Shown one piece after another: positions 1 to 11,456 of a stretch of 64,000 bases of DNA (position 1 is its first letter; every line of letters begins with the position of its first letter). The notes below the pieces were generated by a model. The model was not told the DNA's origin. It was given only the letters and a program-made list of their open reading frames with translations, and made no database searches. Position numbers and translations under genes: made by a program. Source of the DNA: Rhodospirillales bacterium (lineage in GTDB: Bacteria; Pseudomonadota; Alphaproteobacteria; Bin95); the NCBI GenBank assembly GCA_038143065.1, contig JAYQLI010000033.1, positions 1 to 64,000 of the forward strand. Direction: 5' to 3'.

Positions 1-2339
1 AGTGAAGGTGAGTTGCACCTTCAGGGTCAATAAATTAAAGAAAAAATTCTCAAAAATAGAAATTGTTCCCTAAACAATGGTGGTTGGGCACAGTAATTGC
101 TTTTAAGAGCTGGTTGAGAAATTGCGAAATAGTTAGAGAGCGTATTAACGCTATGAACCTGATAGTAGACAACCTGGCAGCAGTACAATCCGGTAAAGAG
201 AAGAGGTCAAATTCTTTTGGAAGCAGCAGTAGAGCGACACCAAAACGGTCAATTAGCTGCCGCTAACCTAATATATCAAGAGATTAGAAAAAGATTGATC
301 CTGACAATATAAATGCGCTTCAGCTCTCTGGCGTATTAGCTTACCAGGTGCAACAATATGATGCCTCGATTTCACTACTGTCTCGGGTAATATCTCTAAA
401 ACCTGACTATGAAAAAGCTTTTTACAATCGCGGACTTTCCTTTCAGCAGCTTGGTCGTTTTGAGGAAGCCTTGGCAGATTACAACACGGCAATCTCCCTA
501 AAACCTGACTATGTGGATGCACTAAACAATAGGGGCATCACTCTGCAGCAGCTTGGTCGTTTTTGAAGAAGCCTCGACAGACTCTGTTCAGGAGATTGAC
601 ATGGCTTATATATCAATCGATTTAGACAATGTTGAGAGTTTAGAAAATGTTAAATCATCGCTTGAAATTAGGAAGGCCGATCCAAAGGTTATTCTTCTCA
701 TCGATATTTTGTTATTATTAAGAAAAGATGACATTGATGAATTCTTGAGCTCATTTAAAACCTGGATTTCCCTTTGAAAACATCCCAGAGGACAACTTTT
801 GGATTCTTTTGACTGCCATATCTAAAATCGAAGAGGTAGATAAGCTTCGTTTCGTTTTAAAAGAGACACGAAAATCATTTTTCAAGCTTTTATTTGAACA
901 AAATGTGATCAAAGATATTCCAAAATTTTTTGACTGTATCGGGTTTAATAGCGCCTCCTCTAAAGAAAAGATAATGGTTTTAAGCGATGAAATTGTTAGC
1001 GTTGCTGTTAATGAGTATACTCTTCTGGTTTAATTGAAATTGGTTTTTTTCTAGAACAATTTACTACAAAACTTCATCACAAGATTTGAAACCGATGATA
1101 CCTTTAAATACGGGATGAATAAAATATCTAATTCTATTGAGGCTGCTGGAAGTAAAATTTATAAAATACTTAATCCCTCTCAGGTAAATGAATTTGAGCA
1201 TTACAATAATCTAAAACCTCTAGTTGGTTTCTTTTTTCATAACGCTAGTATGCTCGCTCACTAGAGAATATTTTTTCATTTTTTTAAAATCGTTGATTGA
1301 TGATAAAAATCTTCGTTTTAAGCCCATTATATTTTTTGTATGGCTGGCAGAAATTCTGCTTTTTCACAGGCTTTTGCGTCTATTGGTGTTGAAATAGTTT
1401 ATTTAGACACAGACAGAAATGGAAATTTAATACCAGGCCATTATATGAGGATATTGCGCCTTCGTGAGGAATGCATGTCTCGTAAGATTGATAAACTAAT
1501 TTGGGGTTGCTTAGCCACTTTTATGCTGTTCGCATTCAGTTTAAAAATTGCACCTGAACAGATTTGGTGGTCACAAAAATGGACTGGCCTGAGTTCAAGA
1601 TTCATTGGTAAATCGATGCACTCTTTCACGCCAAAATTAGAGCAGAAAATAAACGGTGATAAATGGCTAGGAGGTGGTTTCAAAGATCAAATTGGTTGAA
1701 CAACGTTGATGAACGCGAGGTGCAAAAAATAAGAAAACATTTTAACGGAAAATTATTGCTTGGTTCACTTGCAAGGTCTGAAAAAATGAATGATGTTCGT
1801 TTTTAAGCGCGTTAACCGATGTTCTAAAGATGAATGAAAATATTTTGTTCCTGTGGACGGGTAGAGAAGAAGAAAAATTTATTAGCCGGTTTTGATGAAA
1901 ACAATGTCAAACATAAAACCAAATTTGTTGGTTGGGTAAAATACTTCTCTTTACGCACAGGTGCTAGACGTGCTTTTGGACAGTTTTCCTGCTGGAAATG
2001 GAATCACAGCTATTCAAGCTATGGAAGCCGGAACACCTCTTGTAACAATGAGGTCTAGAGATGATGTAAGAACATGGGATTATTTTATTGGCCCAGCTAT
2101 GGAGCCTGGGAGCGTTCGTCACAGCCAGATCTTAGAAGTTTTTGCTTGGACAAAGAAAAGCAGGGGTTATATTTTTGTGCCGAAGACCATTTGCAATACG
2201 TAGAAATGGCTAACCGTCTCATTCGTGACCCCGTTTTGAGGGAGCGTGTTGGTATGCTGGAAAACGATTTGTTGAGTTGATGATGAAAAACCCAATTGAG
2301 AGTTCAAAGATTTTCCAAGAGCATGTTTTGAGAAAATAA
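1..2339 (+). CDS. TPR-repeat glycosyltransferase with GT41 (OGT/SPINDLY/HMW1C)-like C-terminal domain; 5' end probably outside window; split by frameshifts
   Basis: TPR units (AFYNRGLSFQQLGRFEEALADYNTAISLKPDY) at 348-566; C-terminal fragments KIAPEQIWW and LDVLLDSFPAGNGITAIQAMEAGTPLVT resemble the GT41 DxxLDxFPxxGxxTxxEAxxxGxPVVT motif. Confidence 0.7.
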
Positions 2340-2939
2340 TCAGCGATTACACTTTTTATGACATGCTTTTGCCGTAAATCATTGATAACTTTATGAATAT
2401 TATGGTGTAGAAAAAGCAGCTTTGTGGCTTCCATAAGCATGTTTGGCGTCGAATTGGCTTAATAAAATGTGGTGAACTATTTTGCCTAAAGCCGTACGTC
2501 TATTTCGCCATTTTGTGTTATCTGATAATATAGACGTAAAAGGAAAAGAACTAACAATTATTAAACTGATGGGTTTGGTATTTAAATGTTACACGAGGTG
2601 ATAGGAAACTGCGTTCTAACAACAGGGCGTGATATTGAAGTTAAACAATCTTAGCTGACGTGGTGATGTTATGCTCCCAAAAAAATTACTCCCGAGGGGT
2701 GAGGCTAAACACTCCTGAGACCTTTTTACAAAGCGCTGAAATTAGTGATACTGAATTTAGGAAGAGATACGGTTTTGATTACCAGACGTCACAGTTCAAA
2801 GGCCTATATAAAGTAAATGTTCTTCTGTAGTTTTATAGGTTAAAGCCATAAAGCTAGTAATTTGTTCAACAGAGATTTCATTCATAAACTTTTAGTTAGT
2901 TAAACTTCATTTTTTTTGAGCTGGTAATTATAAATTTTT

Positions 2940-3633
2940 ATGAAATTCAAAGGTGAAAAAGTGAAAAAGAAACTGGTTTTAATTGGTGCAGGGGATTTTG
3001 CGGAAATAGCATATGAATATTTCACGTTTGACTCAGATTATGAAGTGACAGGCTTTTGCGTTGAAAAAAAATACTTGCTAAAGGACGAGCTCGCCCAATT
3101 GCCGGTGGTGCCCTATGAAGAAATAGAAAAGAAATATACCCACCTAGTCTATATGAGGTTTTTGTCGCGATACCCAATTCACAATTGAATCGATTGAGGC
3201 GGAGGTTCTACGATGATCTGAAAAGTAAGGGTATCGCTTTGCAACATATGTGAGTTCGCACGCATTCGTTTGGCGTAATGTGGAAATTGGAGAAAACACC
3301 TTCATATTCGAAAACAATGTAATCCAGCCTTTTGTGAAAGTTGGAGTTAACTGTATTGTATGGAGTGGAAATCATATTGGTCATGGATCTGTGATCGGTG
3401 ACCATGTATTTTAGCATCACATGCAGTGGTTTCTGGCTTTTTGTAAGATTAATGACTCATGTTTCATCGGCGTTAATAGCACAATAGTAGACAATGTGGA
3501 GGTTGGCAGGGACTGTGGTATTGGCGCGGGTGCTATCATAACGAAAGATACTGACATTGGCAAAATTTATCCTGGTATTGCATCAGGGCCTGCAAAAGTC
3601 AGTAGTCTGAGGTACTATAAAATAAGAGATTGA
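2940..3633 (+). CDS. Hexapeptide-repeat sugar acyltransferase (NeuD/PglD-like)
   Basis: N-terminal LVLIGAGDFAEIA Rossmann-like motif; hexapeptide repeats (CFIGVNSTIVDNVEVGRDCGIGAGAII); frameshifted. Confidence 0.8.
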
Positions 3634-3637
3634 GCCG

Positions 3638-4556
3638 ATGAAATGGAAGAAATTAGGCTTTTGTTTGGGGGCCAGATGGCTCACATGCAAAAATGGTTCA
3701 CTCAGCTCTTCAACCCACACCGGTATTGCTTAACGAAGATGTTATAAGGGTATATTTTGGAGTTAGGGATGATAGCGGTGTAAGTAGAGTTTCTTATGTT
3801 GATCTCTCAGCCAATAATCCCACGGAGGTGCTAGGGGTTGCGTCTTCACCGGCATTGAACATCGGTGAACCAGGATGTTTGATGAAAATGGGTGGTTCCT
3901 TGTGCTGTAATAAAATTAGCAAATAAATTGAGGCTCTATTATGCGGGCTATATGTGCCCCATGCATGCCAGATTTATAGCATTTTCGGGTGTTGCCGAAA
4001 GTGATGATGGAGGCAACACCTTTAAAAGGCTTGCCAGGGTGCCGATCATCGATAGAACCGACAATGAGCCATTGTTTCGCGTAATTCATTCCATAATAAT
4101 TGAAAATGGTCGCTGGCGTACTTGGTACGGTGCAGGAGAAAAATTCATAACAGGAGCATCTAAGACACTGCCTGCCTATAATATACGGTATATGGAATCA
4201 TGTGATGGTATGAAGTTTCCGAACTATGGTGAAGTGGTCTTAGACCTGAAGGTAGTGAATATCGCGTCGGTCGGCCAAATGTTTTCAAGTCTAAAACTGC
4301 CGGATATATAATGTTTTACGGCTATGGTTCAGAAGCAGCGCCCTACAAGCTTGGGTTCGCTGAATCGCGAGATGGCTACTCTTGGATTAGAAATGATGGG
4401 GATATAGGCCTGAATCTCTCTAAATCAGGGTGGGATAGTGAAATGATGGCCTACCCAGCCGTGATTGAGACAAGGTCTGGGACTTATCTGTTTTATAATG
4501 GAAACTCTTATGGCCGTGCTGGATTTGGTGCTGCTTTACTTGAAACGGATATTTAA
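3638..4556 (+). CDS. Five-bladed beta-propeller glycoside-hydrolase-like protein (GH43/32/130-like fold)
   Basis: MKWKKLG start, QPTP motif, repeated Asp-box-like AESDDG / MESCDG / AESRDG..W, C-terminal WDSEMMAYP..YLFYNGN; joined over frameshifts. Confidence 0.65.
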
Positions 4557-4557
4557 A

Positions 4558-5314
4558 ATGAAAAACGATATAACTTATGGCTTGCATAACAGCACGTCAG
4601 CGGACCAACATTTGGCGAGGGATACTCTGCGGAAGTTATTCGAGGAGCGAGCCGTTTCCTGATGAATTATTGCTGACAAATTTTGGTTTGTTTTCCGCGC
4701 TTCTGCTTTGGCGAAGGTGTTTTTTGCATGAATGCTATGAGAAAATAAAAAGCATCCCTGGTGATATTTTTGTTTTTGGAGTTTGGCTTGGACAAGATGT
4801 AGTTTTGTTTGAGTCTTTGCGAGCTATGCTTGAACCATACAATGCCTCTAGAAAAATTGTTGGTTTTGACACGTTTGAGGGATATCAGGGTATTTCTGAC
4901 CAGGATAGATCTTCGGATGTGATAAAGCCAGGAGGCTACACAACTCATCGAAGCTATCAGCAATATCTGGGCTCGCTGCTTGCTTATCACCGCCTTGAAA
5001 ACATGATGGGCCACGCGGTGACGCATAGATTGGTCCAGGGGATGTGGTCAAAACGGCCCCTAATTACATTGAGCAGCATCCAGACTATGGTTGCCTTGGC
5101 CTATTTCGATATGGCACTATATGAGCCGACCCGATCTGCGCTAAACAGTCTATCAGACCGCTTGATGCCAGGAAGTATTATCGTTCTTGATGAGTTAAAT
5201 GACCCCAAGTACCCTGGGGAAACAGTCGCCTTCCGTGAATGGGTTGCATCACGATCATATACGATAGAACGCTCAAAAATTCTGCCTGATCGAACGATCG
5301 TAACAATAAAATGA
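4558..5314 (+). CDS. TylF/MycF-like SAM-dependent sugar O-methyltransferase
   Basis: IPGDIFVFGVWLG, RKIVGFDTFEG, ALAYFDMALYEPT, GSIIVLDELNDPKYPGET motifs. Confidence 0.75.
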
Positions 5315-5377
5315 TGTTGGTGGGCTTTTTATAACCAGGTAATTTAATCGACTAAAATTTGTGAACGGTTTTGTAGC

Positions 5378-6315
5378 GTGTTAACAATAATTCCATACAG
5401 TAATCTATATGCCAATGTCTGGGATAATGTTGTTTCCCGAGCCAGATCTGGAAATTTTCTTATTTCAGACCCTACATGGAATATCATGCCGCAAGATATA
5501 TTGATGCTTCCGTGCTTGTGGAGCGAAACGGAAAGGTTGTGGCAGTTTTCCCCGCCAACCTCGAGGGTGATTCCGTTATAAGTCATGGAGGTTTGACTTA
5601 TGCTGGTTTTGATATCAACAGAGGGTTTGAGGGCGGAAGACACTCTGCTTGTTTTTGCGCGACTGCGTGACTACTACCATTCAATTGGTGTTACCCACCT
5701 TTTATATAAAGCTGTGCCGCTTGTTTTCAATCTTATCCGGCCCAAGAGGACTTGTACGCGCTTTACAGATTAGGGGTCAGTTATGCAGAGTGCAGAGGAC
5801 GTTTCTTCTGTAATTCAACTTAATAATCGTGTCGGTTATTTCAAGGGTAAAAATGGTCAATAAATAGAGCGCAAAAAGGGGTGTTGAGTCTGTGAACAAA
5901 CAGACCTAAAACAGTTCTACGAATTACTTTGCCTAGTTTTGAGTAAATTTCTGACAAAGCCCATACACTCTTTTGATGAAATACAACTTTTTTAAAAATC
6001 TCGCTTTCCAGCGCAAATAATTCTATATCAAGCAGTTCTTGGCGAAGATTTGCTCGCTGGCGCATTAGTTTATGATTTTGGCCATGTTGTGCATACGCAA
6101 TATTTGGCACCTCTCTGAGGCAGGCAAAGAACTTGGGGCTTTAGACTATTTTAATTTCACATTTGATTGAGAATGTTTTCTATGAAAAACGCTTCTTTAG
6201 CTTTGGCATTTCCACAGAGAATAGCGGAAAATTTCTCAATGGTGGGTTAATTGCACAGAAAGAGGGATTTGGGGCTAGAGCTGTAGTGCACGACTTTTAT
6301 GACTTACGATTCTGA
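5378..6315 (+). CDS. GNAT/FemAB-like N-acyltransferase of aminosugar clusters
   Basis: MEYHAARYIDASVLV..VAVFPAN..SHGGLTYAG at the N-terminus; C-terminus reads FSFGISTENSGKFLNGGLIAQKEGFGARAVVHDFY; frameshifted. Confidence 0.7.
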
Positions 6316-6744
6316 TTTAATCGCGCTTTCTTCAGTCGTTCGATTCCATCATTTTTCATCTCCTAATGTTTGAATAAAACAATACCTAGATTAACAAAAA
6401 AGTCAAAATCATAAAGTAAAATTTATGGATTAAAAAGAGGGCGTTAGGGCCTAAAAGTCGATTGACACTTTGGCTTCCAAATTTATGATTATTACTATGA
6501 GGCCTGAAGATGGCCTTTGTATTAAGTTATGTTTGACCTCCCCAATGCAAGAGATCTGACATCGGGAAGATTGTCAGTTTGTTCACACCATTTTATTAAA
6601 CTTGTAATGATCACGTTCTACAATACGTTGGGCTTTGCGCCAGGACGAGTGAGTCATGCGCAACGCCACTCTAGTATTAACTCTAACCCTCACACCAAAG
6701 TGGCGTCTAGTTGATGACATAAATAACTAAGTAAAGGTGCTGAT

Positions 6745-7035
6745 TAAACAAGGTCCTCTGATTCAAACAACAATCCGGCTTTCCTTCAAGATCAACTTGT
6801 CCAACTCAATGTCAGCTCCGATCTTTTTTAGCCGTTCGTTTTATTTCTGAAGAGACTTTATCTCGCTGAGATGAGCGCTCCATTCCACCAAACTTCTTGC
6901 GCCAGGCATAATAAGTCTTAATCTGACGAGCCGGCCTTACGACAAGCACTGACAACCTCCATCCTGCCATAAACCACCCCAATCTCACGTAACAGCTTTT
7001 AAAATGTCCTCGTCTGGTGGCGTCGGGCCGCAATT
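6745..7035 (-). mobile_element. IS3-family transposase OrfA remnant
   Basis: Translates (with indels) to ..ACRKAG..KTYYAWRKKFGGMERS..ERLKKI.ADIELDKLILKES; no OrfB follows. Confidence 0.7.
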
Positions 7036-7238
7036 CTGATCCTCTGATCTATCAACTATGACACATTTTTGTGGGCTACACATGGATGGAAGTGAAAACA
7101 GTGATAGGGGGTCATTTTTGCAAACTACTCTGAAGCTCAAGATGCATCTAATTTTGGTCGCATCGGGTCAGATGGTTCCGAAGATTTGTAGCATTTTATG
7201 AAATTTCAAAAGCTAGGACAATTAATGGATGAAATGTT

Positions 7239-8208
7239 TCATGGAAGAACATTTGGAAAAATTGTTTTCAAACTGAGCATAGTCTGCAGTTTTTTGTAAC
7301 GGAATTTCAAAGTTATAAATTTTCTGATTGAATATTTTATTTTTTGTATTAATTCATTCAAATATCTACCGTAATCCAGTCTTTGCATATTTTGTGCTTG
7401 CAATTCTCTCACAGAATCAGTTGTAAGCCAACCTTTGGTTAATGCAATTTCTTCAAGGCATGCAATCATATTGCTTTGTCTTTCTTCAATCGTTTCAACA
7501 AATTTTGACGCTTCTAATAAAGAAACTATGGGTGCCGTAATCAAACCAGGCGAAGCCCGTCCTAACCTTTCATGTGAGTGAGGGTTCCGTTCTGTAAATA
7601 TTGACCTAAAAGATCGATAATTTCTGTTCACTCTCGAGGGACTTTTTTAATTCGTTAACTCTTCCTATTGAGTCATTTGCTAGCATGTAATGTCCGGTGA
7701 TTGCAGTTAAGTTGGATATTGAATTCTGAGGTTTTCCCATTAATTCTACGATTTCGTTGCTGTTATTCTCAACCGCAATGCCATACCGATTTGGATCTTT
7801 GACATTGTATGTGAAAATAGCAGAGCCAACTAATTTTTTCTTGGCATTGATTTAGCGTATTGGAGAGGCCGGTCCCAAAAATAATATTGTCGCCCAGTAC
7901 CAGAATACGCATTCTCTCCAAGAAAATGCCGTCCTATTTAGATTGCCTCAGGTATTCCATTTGGTTCAGCCTGGACGGCGTAATTTAATGAAATGCCTAA
8001 TTCAGAACCATCGCCCAACAAATTAAAATGTGAGGTGTCGTTTGACTTTTGTTATTAGAAGAATATCCTGTATCCCGGCCAGCATCAAAGTGCTAATCGG
8101 ATAGTAAATCATAGGCTTATTAAAGACTGGCAGCAATTGTTTAGACACCGCCAAGGTAGATGGATATAGTCTCGTTCCATTGCCGCCAGCTAACACTATG
8201 CCGTGCAT
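7239..8208 (-). CDS. rfbA: Glucose-1-phosphate thymidylyltransferase; 3' end approximate
   Basis: [46 protein letters not shown]; C-terminal [26 protein letters not shown]. Confidence 0.9.
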
Positions 8209-8373
8209 CGCACCTCATCCCTCCAAACGATCTTCACGTGCAAAAATTATACCATTTTTATCCTGTTTTGGGCAAGGACAAATTCTGAAGTCGTTTGTGC
8301 TCACTATGGTATAAATTTTGCTTTAATCTCGACCAGGCGTTGTGACTGCCTGCAGATAAGAGAGAATATATTG

Positions 8374-8777
8374 ATGACTAATTATGAGACTGCCGTTACT
8401 TTATTGAAATTAAGAACATTTATGGAGACAGGGGTGAATTGTCAGTCGTTGAATTTGATAGCAATTTACCTTTGAGCCCAAAAGAATGTTTTATGTCAGG
8501 TACCCAAAAGGCGTGAGGGGTAAGTGCACACAAAACAACGGCTGAACTGATTTTCATGATGTCAGGTTCGATGAGGATTTCCCTGAATGACGGAAGGCAA
8601 TGTTATGAAAGAACATTGTGTGACGCGCAGGAAGGTTTTTATATAGCTCCGCTTACTTGGGTGGAAATGTTCGATTTTTCGGCTGACTGTATTTACACTG
8701 TCTTGGCAAATGAGCCCTATAATAATGCCGGCTATATCAGGGACTGGGCTCAATTTGAGCAACTTTGTAGCTCATGA
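8374..8777 (+). CDS. dTDP-4-keto-6-deoxyhexose 3,4-ketoisomerase (FdtA/QdtA/WxcM-like cupin)
   Basis: GSMRISLNDG..GFYIAPLTWVEMFDFSADCIYTVLANEPYNNAGYIRDW; overlaps the aminotransferase start. Confidence 0.75.
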
Positions 8778-9950
8778 GTGTTAAGTTTCTAAATCTAAAT
8801 AGAATGTATGAGGCGCTCTCAGCAGAAATTGATCAAGGGATTAAGTGTCTATTCCAAAATGAAAGTTTTATCGGTGGCGAGGCTGTGGAAAAATTTGAAT
8901 TTGAATGGGCGAGATATTGTGAGTCTAAATTTGCTGTAGGTGTGGGAAATGGGCTGGACGCTCTGGTACTTTCACTTAAGGCGCTTATATAGGCAAGGGG
9001 ATGAGGTTATAGTCCTGCAAACACTTTCATAGCTACCTGGCTAGCTATAAGCCATTGTGGCGCGACTATTATTCCTGTTGAACCCAGTCCTGAGAGCTTT
9101 GTTATTGAAGCTAACGAGATTGAAAAAGATAACTGAGAGAACAAAGTCATTTTGCCAGTTCATTTATATGGCAACCCCGCAGATATTATAGAGATTAAAC
9201 GGCTAGCAAAGAAGTATAGACTTTTTGTTATCGAAGATGCGGCTCAAGCACATGGCGCAAGCGTCAATGGAAAACGTATCGGTGGTCATAGTGATATAAC
9301 TGTATGGAGTTTCTATCCAGGCAAAAACCTGGGTGCATTTGGTGATGCAGGCGCGATAACGACTGATTCATCAAGGCTTGCGCGCAAAGTAGCCTTGCCT
9401 TCGCAAACTACGGCAGCGAGTAAAATACAAACATGATGTAATTGGGTTCAATAGCAGGCTAGACCCTGTCCAAGCAATTGTATTATCTATAAAATTAAAG
9501 CACCTTGATGAATGAATCTTCACAAATATCAAACGGCTCTGTTTTATTGTGGTGAATTTTCAGCTCACCTTTATTTCATTGCCATTCCATCAATTTGTGA
9601 TAAAGACAGACATACTTTCCTTATGGCATGATGTTGGCTGCATTCCATCAGTTTGTGACCTCAATAAAAAGCTTGCCAATTGATCCATGATGAGAGTGAA
9701 AAACAGTATGTTCACATGTGGTTAGGGGATTTTATTTGTCATCGCATGGTGTTGGCACAATGATACATTATCCGATCGTTCATGCACCTTTTAATCAAGT
9801 GCCAAAGCCTATAAATATTTGGTAGATATAAAAATAGATGACTTTCCTGACTTTGACATCAAAGATTGAGCAAACAATGTTGATTTTACAAAGCTGTAAC
9901 CAATATTTTTGGTACTTACGATTGATGGAGAGCCATGAAAAACAGTAAAT
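8774..9950 (+). CDS. DegT/DnrJ/EryC1/StrS aminotransferase (FdtB/QdtB-like); 3' end garbled and approximate
   Basis: [47 protein letters not shown]. Confidence 0.85.
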
Positions 9951-10009
9951 GAAAAGCCGTTTTTGATACAGCTATGCACCATGTAGTTAAGTCAAATTTT
10001 TTGCCAGAT

Positions 10010-11300
10010 GATAAACATGTCTCAAATAGCAGGACAAAATTTTTCATTAGTCACTGGTGGTGCTGATTGGTTATATCGGCATCATATGAAAATGGGCTGG
10101 TTGGGGAAAGCTACAGTGATAAAATATGATCTTTTGGAAAATCAGCACAAAGTCAAATCGTTCTAGATGCAGGTGTACTTATGCTGGGGTATTCAAATTG
10201 CAAGTGCCATCAACGATTTCCAAAACTGAAATCCAGATATAGAAAATTTATCACTATAGGGTAAACATAGCGAATAGAACATTGATCTCTGATTAGCCTG
10301 CTCGCCGACTTCAGCGTTGATATAATTTTGAATTTTGCGGTGAGGCTGTAAAAGTTGCCGCAAAGTGTCTTAAGACTTTCTTGTTGTTTCTCCATAAAAG
10401 GGCCATTGATAATTCTATACAAACTTCCAGAAATCTTTTTAAGAACTAATATTTTTGGTACAACTCTACAGATAGTTATTAACTGCACGAAAGGGAGTAT
10501 TCAAACAAAGCTTTAAAGATGAATGAAGGGCTTTTGATAAGTTTTTTGCAGAATTCAAATTTATTCAGATTTTAGGCGAAAGGCTCAGATGAAAGTTTTT
10601 GGTGAGGTTGGGAGTTGATAAAAATCCGTTTTCGACATTGGTAGCGGGGATGGAGTACATACTGCAATAACAGTGTGGCTTAGGTCGCACCACGTTGTCT
10701 GTTTGGATCTTACTCTGCCTCAAAAGCGTCTTCTTTGATATATTGACCATCTTGTCCGCTCTTGGCTGAAAACCATACGTATAACTGTTTCTTTTCCACA
10801 TATTTTATTCACACTAGTCACGCATTGCAGAAATAATTTTGGGCCGCGGCAAAATTCTGAGAAATTAGTGGACGGAAAACAAAGATCATTTCTAATGCCA
10901 TTAGCGGGAAGGAAATTCCGATCTACGGTGATGGGCAGAATACGAAGGAGGTGGGGCTTGGATTGGTTATATGTAGGCGATCATTGCGCAGGGAATTTTG
11001 TTGGCTGCGGAAAATGGGCTGGTTAAGGTAAATATGGAAAGCTACTGTTTTGGTGGTGACAATCAGTATAAAAAATATTGATCTGGCAAAAAAGGTATGT
11101 TTGCGTCTAATGATAAATTCAACCGTCGAAATTTGGTGACTAGCTACGTTAATCAAATCAGGTTTGTAGCTGACAAAGAAAACGTTCTTGCTGCAAACAA
11201 CAAATTAGCGACATAAACGGTGGATTTTAGTACAAGGCCACGAATGTGTTGGGGTATTCACCAAGTTTCAAATACCCAACGGTGATTTTAATAAATGCCT
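10010..11300 (+). CDS. rfbB: dTDP-glucose 4,6-dehydratase; heavily garbled, ends approximate
   Basis: Readable islands LVTGGA (~10050) and EIPIYGDGQNTR..WLYV.DHC (~10910-10990); no long ORF. Confidence 0.55.
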
Positions 11301-11456
11301 TGATAATACAATAATGTACTACTTAAATGAAATTGGCTAAAAACTAAGAAAAATATTTTGAAACAGAAGACTAAAGGTATCCTTTTTAGGGGCGTGTAAT
11401 TGGTAAATCGCGCTGGGTTAAAAAGTAAAACCAATTCCCTGGCCAATTGAAGAGCA

